Shown here in pieces: positions 54,555 to 64,000 of a DNA stretch of 64,000 nucleotides. Each line of letters starts with the position of its first letter. Within the stretch, counting starts at the first letter, position 1. Source of the DNA: Macrostomum lignano (lineage: Eukaryota); assembly GCA_002269645.1 (NCBI GenBank), contig NIVC01001541.1:207797-271796 (forward strand), read 5' to 3'. The translations under genes and the position numbers were made by a program. The notes below the pieces were generated by a model. The model saw only the letters and a program-made list of their open reading frames with translations. It did not search any database and was not told the origin of the DNA.

Positions 54555-57500
54555 AGCAGCAGCAGCAGCATCAGAAGGAACAGGGCAAGCAGCCGTCCCC
54601 GCAACCAGAGCGGAAGAGTCTCTTCGACCGAAGCGCGGATTTGGACGCGACCGAGTTCGAGTTCGGGCAGACCTACGAGCACCGCGGCAACGTGCAGGGC
54701 GTGTACTACAGCTACCTGGCTGCCGAGGAGTTCGGCTCGCCCTACGTGCAGAGTCACGAGGACTTCCGCACCAGCAGCCTGTCGCTGGAGTTCTCAGAGC
54801 GCGACGTGGTGATGCCGGACCGGGACGCCCGCTTCTCCTTCAAGACTCTGCAAAGTCGCGGCAACAGCGGCGTATCGGCGCGCGGCGATCGGCGCAGCTC
54901 GTGCCGGCGCGAGTCGACTGAGGGAAGCGGCGGATCGGCGCGCGGCGAGCGTCGGCGCAGCTCGTGCAGACGCGAGTCAACCGAGGGCGGCGCCAGCTCC
55001 GGTGGGGGCTCCGGCAGCCGCCGCTGCTCAGAAGTGGACGTGGAGCAGATCCGGGCCACTCTGTTCCCCGTGGACCCGCGTGAGTGCCAGTTCCAAGCCA
55101 CTCAGGAGCTCGCGCAGCTGGTGAAGGACATCAGCGAGCAGCTCAGCCTCAGCAGCTGCGACAGCGAAGAGGAGGGTGAGGAGGGGACGAGCAGCACCTG
55201 CCGAGCTGCAGAGCGGGCGGACCGGGCTGTCCAGGAGTTCTTCACCAGCGCTAACTTGGACAGCTGCCTGGAGGCGGGGCCTGAGTGCCCGGCTACTGGC
55301 GACGAGTTTTCTATGCCACCGGAGCTGGAGGATAAAGCGCCGGACGAGCGCTCTGCCGCACCGGAGCTGGAGGATAAAGCGCCGGACGAGCGCTCTGCCG
55401 CACCGGAGCTGGAGAATAAAGCGCCGGACGAGCGCTCTGCCGCACCGGAGCTGGAGGATAAAGCGCCGGACGAGCGCCCTGCCGCACCGGAGCTGGAGGA
55501 TAAAGCGCCGGACGAGCGCCCTGCCGCACCGGAGCTGGAGGATAAAGCGCCGGACGAGCGCCCTGCCGCAGCGGAGCTGGAGGATAAAGCGCCGGACGAG
55601 CGCCCTGCCGCAGCGGATGAGGACAGAGAAGGCCAGGATTTCAGCTGCAGCAGTCCAAATGATTTCAAAGCAGCTCAGCAGGGGTGCGGAAGTACGGCAG
55701 GTCAGCTGCAGCTGGACTAGATGAATTCCCGCTTTCCACAAACTGTTTTCGCGCACTGTTTGCTTCGCAAAAAATAGACTCACACGAGTTCTGAGCTTCT
55801 CAAACAGCTTGAGTGGCTGAAACAGAGCAGCTGGATTTTACTAAACTTTTTCAACCAGCCTGATGCGGAAGGGAATCTGTAAGAAAGGCTGAAGCCTGTC
55901 AAAGGATTCTGGGCATGAAGCTCCGGGGATCGATCAGGGCTCAGGCTAAGAGGTGCGGGGCAGGAAGATTGGGGTGGCCGGATGCATCAGCTGATTCCTA
56001 AGCCTCGAGATGGAGAGTGAATTAGAAGGTGGTCGGCAAAAATGAAACGCGGAGTGCGGAGAGCGGTGGCCGTCCCGCTTCACGCCTGAGCTGCCCCAGC
56101 TGCCTGGGAGCGGCTTGATGAGGCGGCGGAGGGAACAGCGGAGAGAATTTTTATGGTAGGCTGGCGTAAGCAGGAGGGCGGAATGTAAATTAGCTGGGAC
56201 GGGCTGACGAGTCCTTCAAGTCTTTAATAAGCAGGCAGAGTTGCCATGGGGCAATGTCTGACGGCCTGACTGACCTAGAAAAATGACTGCAAGCGGCTGA
56301 ACCCCCCTCTCCCTCCGCAGGCGCGATGAGCTTGTCCGAATGTGTTGCAGCGGAGGCCTCGGGTCTGCAGGGCTTCCCTGTGGCTGCTCAGGATGGCAGC
56401 TCAACTGAAGCCGAAGGGCCGAGCCAGAGCACCGGCGGGATCCGCGCCCAGCTCGGCCAGGACGGTGCGGCAAAGCTGGCCGATGCGGGCTCGCTGGAGA
56501 CCATCGCTGAGCGGCAGGAGACTCCAGAAGGGCCCGGGCGGAGCCCTCAGCGGTTCAACCCGTTCGACACCGACGATCGGGACCAGCTGCGGCTGGTGGA
56601 AGAAGCCGACGCCAGGAGCGAACAGAGCTCCTTGAGGCGCTGCTCTACTCGCGAGGAAGAGCCTGCAAGTGACGCGGTCTTCATCTCGGAGCTGATGGTG
56701 CAGGCGCAGGTTGAGCAGAGCCGGCTCGAGCCGTTCCACCCGCCATATGATGCAGCGGACGGCTGGCTGCTGTGGGCGCGGCTCTGCGGAGACGCCGCGA
56801 AAGCGTCATGGACGGAGGTCCGCGTCCGGCTGACCAGCGAGCCCAGCTTGGAGCTGCTCGACGAAGCTACAGACCGGTGCTGCAAGTCATCAGGCTGGAT
56901 GCGAGCCAGCAGGTTGGCGAGGACGTGCTGAAGCTGTACGAAGGCGTGGGCCGGCTGCACACATTCAAGCTCAGCTCAGTCCGCTACGCGCCGGAGGGCG
57001 AACACCGCGCCGACTGGTGGTCGCTGCGCTCGCTGCAGCAAGCCATCGTAGGCAGCCGGCTGGCAGAGCGGGAGCAGTCGTGCGGGACCGCGAAGGTGCA
57101 GACCGTCGTAATGAAGTTCGGCAGCGCTGAGCAGTACACGGCCAGATCGCTGGCTTGGGCCATCGAGGACTCGCTGATGAGGATCTCGGATGCGACGCCA
57201 CAGCCGCCGCCAGTTGAGTGCGCCAAGGAGAGCAGCTTCTTCTGTGCCTACCTGCGCGACGAATTCGAGGCCATGATCGACCGCGAGGGCCAGGTGATGC
57301 ACCGCAAGTGGCGCACCCGGCTGTTCTTTCTGGCTGTTGTCGCTCCGTCCGATGCGCCGAGCTGCGTGGAGCTCGCGCTGAACGACAGGCGGCGCCGAGA
57401 GGCCGAGCGGTCGATCGACTCAGACGGCGGCGACGATGGCGAATGGGTCGGCGTGCTGGACGCGGAGCTGCACGCCCGGGTGGAGGCCCGCAGATATCGG

Positions 57501-58734
57501 GAATCTCGCGTCATCCGCTTTCAGCCGGTGCCGTCGTGCCGTCTGGAGGCGGCCCGGGTCCGCACGGTTCCCGGCCGCGACGAGGACTGGCGGCTGGAGC
57601 CGCCGCTCCGCCTGGCCTGCAGATTTGTCGCCTGCGCCGACGGCAACCTGGTGAACATCCGCTGCGCCCTCACAGGCCAGCGCGAGGCGCTCCGGCGTCG
57701 AACGGCGGCCGTGGCGAGCGAAGTTGAGATTCGAGTGCCGCTGCCTGAGGTCTGGCTGCGGCACTTCCGGCTGAAGTCGTCGAGCCCCGCGTCTCCGGGC
57801 ACGTCGGGCTCCTCGCCGCGGCTCGAGCGCCTGGCGCAGCTGATCTCCCAGCAGTCGGAGCCGCAAACTGTGGAGCTGAAGGTCAGCGCCGGCTCTGCTC
57901 AGTACCACGACGCCCACCGGGGCCTCGTTTGGCGTATCGAGCGGCTGCCCGCGGACAAGCTGAGAGGTTGGTTGCGAATCGATCTGGTGAACTTTTCTAA
58001 ACCACAGCATGACTACTAGCCAACTATAATCATAAGCAATTACATGTATGAGGGGCTGTAAAAGTGAAGATGCAAGCCTATAAGGATAAGGAGTAAATTG
58101 TTGAAACGCGTGCTGTTTGAAATCAGCTTGAGAATGAAATCTGCTTCGGGGAACTTGTTCCCTAGATATTAAAAACAAGTGAAAAGCGGTTCTTCACATC
58201 CCACATACAGCAGGCTGTCCGGAGCCCCAGCAGCTGGACTGCAGCCTCCGCCTTCCGCCTGGTGACCTGATTCCCGACGGCGAGGCGCTGACTGACTCCG
58301 CGTCGATTGAGTTCAGCCTGCCGGACACCTTCGTGTCAGGCTGCAGCCTGCGCCGCTTCAGCGTTGACGGCCCGGACGGCCCAGCGGATCGGCAGCAGCT
58401 GCTGGAGCGGCGCTCGGCCAAGTTCAGCTACAGCTGCAGCATCGACTACCGCGGCCTGGGCGATCAGCGGATTGTGGTCGGCGAGCCGGCCGAGAACTCC
58501 ATGCGAAGTCGCAGGGCCACTTTCGGCGGCGGCGGCGGTGGCGTCGGAGGCGCCAAATTTCCGGGGTCGCCGCGTTCCCGCGCCTCCGACCTGAGCGGCT
58601 TCATTCGCAGCCTGGTGCACATCAACTCGAGTGGCGCCGAGGCCGAAGGCGCAGCTCGGGGGGAACCGCGAGCGGAGCAGCGAGTATCATCAGCCAGACG
58701 ACTGACGGGCGGCCTGACTGACGATTCGAGCTGA
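54425..58734 (+). CDS. Stonin/stoned-B-like endocytic adaptor with a C-terminal mu-homology domain (3 exons, one apparent frameshift near 56870)
   Basis: Exons 54425-55700, 56321-57966 and 58214-58734 are all phase-1 compatible. An NPF motif (RFNPFD) is present, followed by stonin-homology-like GWLLWARL..WTEVRVRL and ..GRLHTFKLSSVRY. MHD motifs include ELALND, VIRFQP, VEIRVPLP, GSAQY..LVWRIERLP and IEFSLP..VSG. Joining exon 1 to the rest is inferred from splice phase only. Confidence 0.75.
55314..55615 (+). repeat. In-frame coding minisatellite, 42 bp x about 7 (APELEDKAPDER[S/P]A)
   Basis: Read directly within ORF 54404-55720. Confidence 0.93.
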
Positions 58735-60641
58735 ATCTGCAAATCAATCAACGTGCTCGGAATTTATTAGAAATTAGTGTGGAAATAGAAATTAGTTAGA
58801 AATTATGTTTTCACATAAAAATGAAGGCATCAATCACATTGCTTTGATTTTTATGTCCTTTAAATGTACTATGAGCTATCTTTATGGCATGCCTGCATCG
58901 GCTTTACCTTTCACATTTAAAAATCTAGTTAGTTAGAGGGCTTCATGGAAGTATATATATATTCATTTATTTATTTATTCACATTTTATTTGCTGTTTTT
59001 CTGGCGGCCGAGAAGGCGTAAAGTTTCGCAGTTTGCATTGCTAAACGTGCAACTGTAGTATGCGTGCAGCCACTTAAAAAAACTAGATGTACAGTCGTGG
59101 GCCCAGTACACTGTTAAAATATTAAAGGCAAAGCAGCACATATTGCTTTTATTAACGGGAGTGCTTTAAGCAAATAAAAAATAATTTGATTTTTATTCTG
59201 CGACATAGCTCTTTCTCTGTACACATCATGCAGGTGTATTTGTTTTTGTGCCTTGAAAGATGAACATAGGATCTGCCATTCTGCCTGCTATCAAAAGCAA
59301 TTGCAAATTCAGTGCTGAAAAATGAAAATCTCCGTTCTCCTTAATGTATTTTTTCGGTAAAACATCCTCTTAAAAATTTCCTAGAATCGTAGTTCCCTGC
59401 ATATCCTTGGCTTCTACTTGAGTAGTTCTTGAATTTACAGTTGGAAATAATAAGAAGCCAACCCAAGAATACATGGGGACTGCTTACTACACCAAAAGCT
59501 GATATGGAATATGTGTCCCATCCCACGTCCCGATATCTGGCGCCTCCGATAAACTTAAGATACATGCACATAGCAATGGCGTGATAATTGATCAGTATGA
59601 GGTTTAGTCAAATATAAATACTATTTTTGTAAGTTATTAAACTGCAATAAGTTAAAACTAAACATTTTAAGTAAAAGATAAAAATATCTTAGTAAATTTA
59701 AAGTCATTTGTTTTACTTACTAACGTACCAATGGTTGGCATTGTCAATATTTTTAAAAGGTACATTATTCTGTCTTTTTGTAGGAATTTGTAGGTACGAT
59801 TATTTCTAGCATTCAGAGAAACTTAACTACTCACGTGGCCAAAGGACTAAATATGCTTATTTTAGCGATGTCTATTATATATTGCTTTAACTTGTAAAAA
59901 ATTCAATTAGTAAAGCAAACTAGACATCTTGCAGTGAATCAATCAGTTTTCCGGTGTAATTTATTTCACTATGTTTGGTTATCAAATATTTTTATAATTT
60001 CTCCTCTGCCAAAATAAGAAGCAGACTTTTTTCATAAATCTAAAAAAATCTGCAAGCCAACTTGCTCAAAAGTCTTGACAAGTAAATATTTTTGAACCTC
60101 TAAAACTTTTATGTAAACCTGAAAAATCACAATATATAACTCTTTTTTTCAAAGTAAATTTTAAAAAGAATATCATACAGTATATATATATTTTGATAGT
60201 CATTTATCTTTATAAAACTTTCCTATGATTTCTTATATTATCATACATTTAATATGCACTCATAGCAAAGTAAATATAAATGAAGTTTTTTAAATTAAAA
60301 GACAAGCTATATATTTAAGTAAAATGGAAACTAACATGAAAAATTCCATTTTCTGATTTAGCAAACTATGATATTGTGGTATTGTTATTATAATATCTAA
60401 TCAAAGGAATTAAACTTGCAATTTAAATTATTTTATTGCTTTAAAAACTCAATGAGTGATTTGACACTTAATTTATTGATAAACTCTAGAGTACTACTAT
60501 TAATTTGAGATTAATCTTAAAACTTCTTTTTAGTAACCTTTTCTTGAAATAATTATTACACTTGCTTTGAACCCATAGAAAACATCAAGGTGTAATTCAT
60601 GAGGCACAGTCTCAGCTGACCTGCATTCCAGGCCCAGCAGG

Positions 60642-63829
<3,188 letters not shown>

Positions 63830-64000
63830 GTGGGCTCGCAAGCTCAGCGACTTTCTTTGCTTTGCTGATCAGAGCTAGTTGACCATGCATGATACAAGTG
63901 TGAATACGAACAAATCAGAGCTCTTTTGCTAAGATAAGAACCCATCCCAGCAATCAGAGCCCGTCTGCAGAGATAAGACCAGCCAACAGAGCCCGTCTGC

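Overview
Eukaryotic (invertebrate metazoan) genomic DNA, not prokaryotic. The GC-rich exons and introns packed with simple and minisatellite repeats resemble a macrostomid flatworm such as Macrostomum; this is an unverified impression. Genes from left to right: (1) a frameshifted secreted WSC+PAN gene (-); (2) a 17-exon divergent anoctamin/TMEM16 (+, 4779-11767); (3) a tandem cluster of four intact, intronless signal peptide-PAN-C-type-lectin genes plus relic copies (-, about 12.3-33.0 kb); (4) a second 17-exon anoctamin paralog with the same intron positions (+, 34140-46962); (5) a two-exon class A GPCR (-); (6) a stonin-like mu-homology-domain gene (+); (7) the 5' part of PTPDC1 (+). Mobile DNA includes an intact DD34D mariner, several non-autonomous hAT-type elements with 8-bp target-site duplications (two only 37 and 47 bp long), foldback-like inverted repeats and two tRNA-derived SINEs. 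About 25 tandem arrays are present. The most notable points are: the lectin cluster appears to diversify by recombination (one copy is a 5'/3' mosaic of two neighbours); both anoctamins have a remodelled Ca2+ site; each anoctamin sits head-to-head with a secreted PAN-containing gene; and the ultra-short hAT elements, one of which has an empty-site control in the window. All gene models and alignments were made by eye, and no database searches were run.
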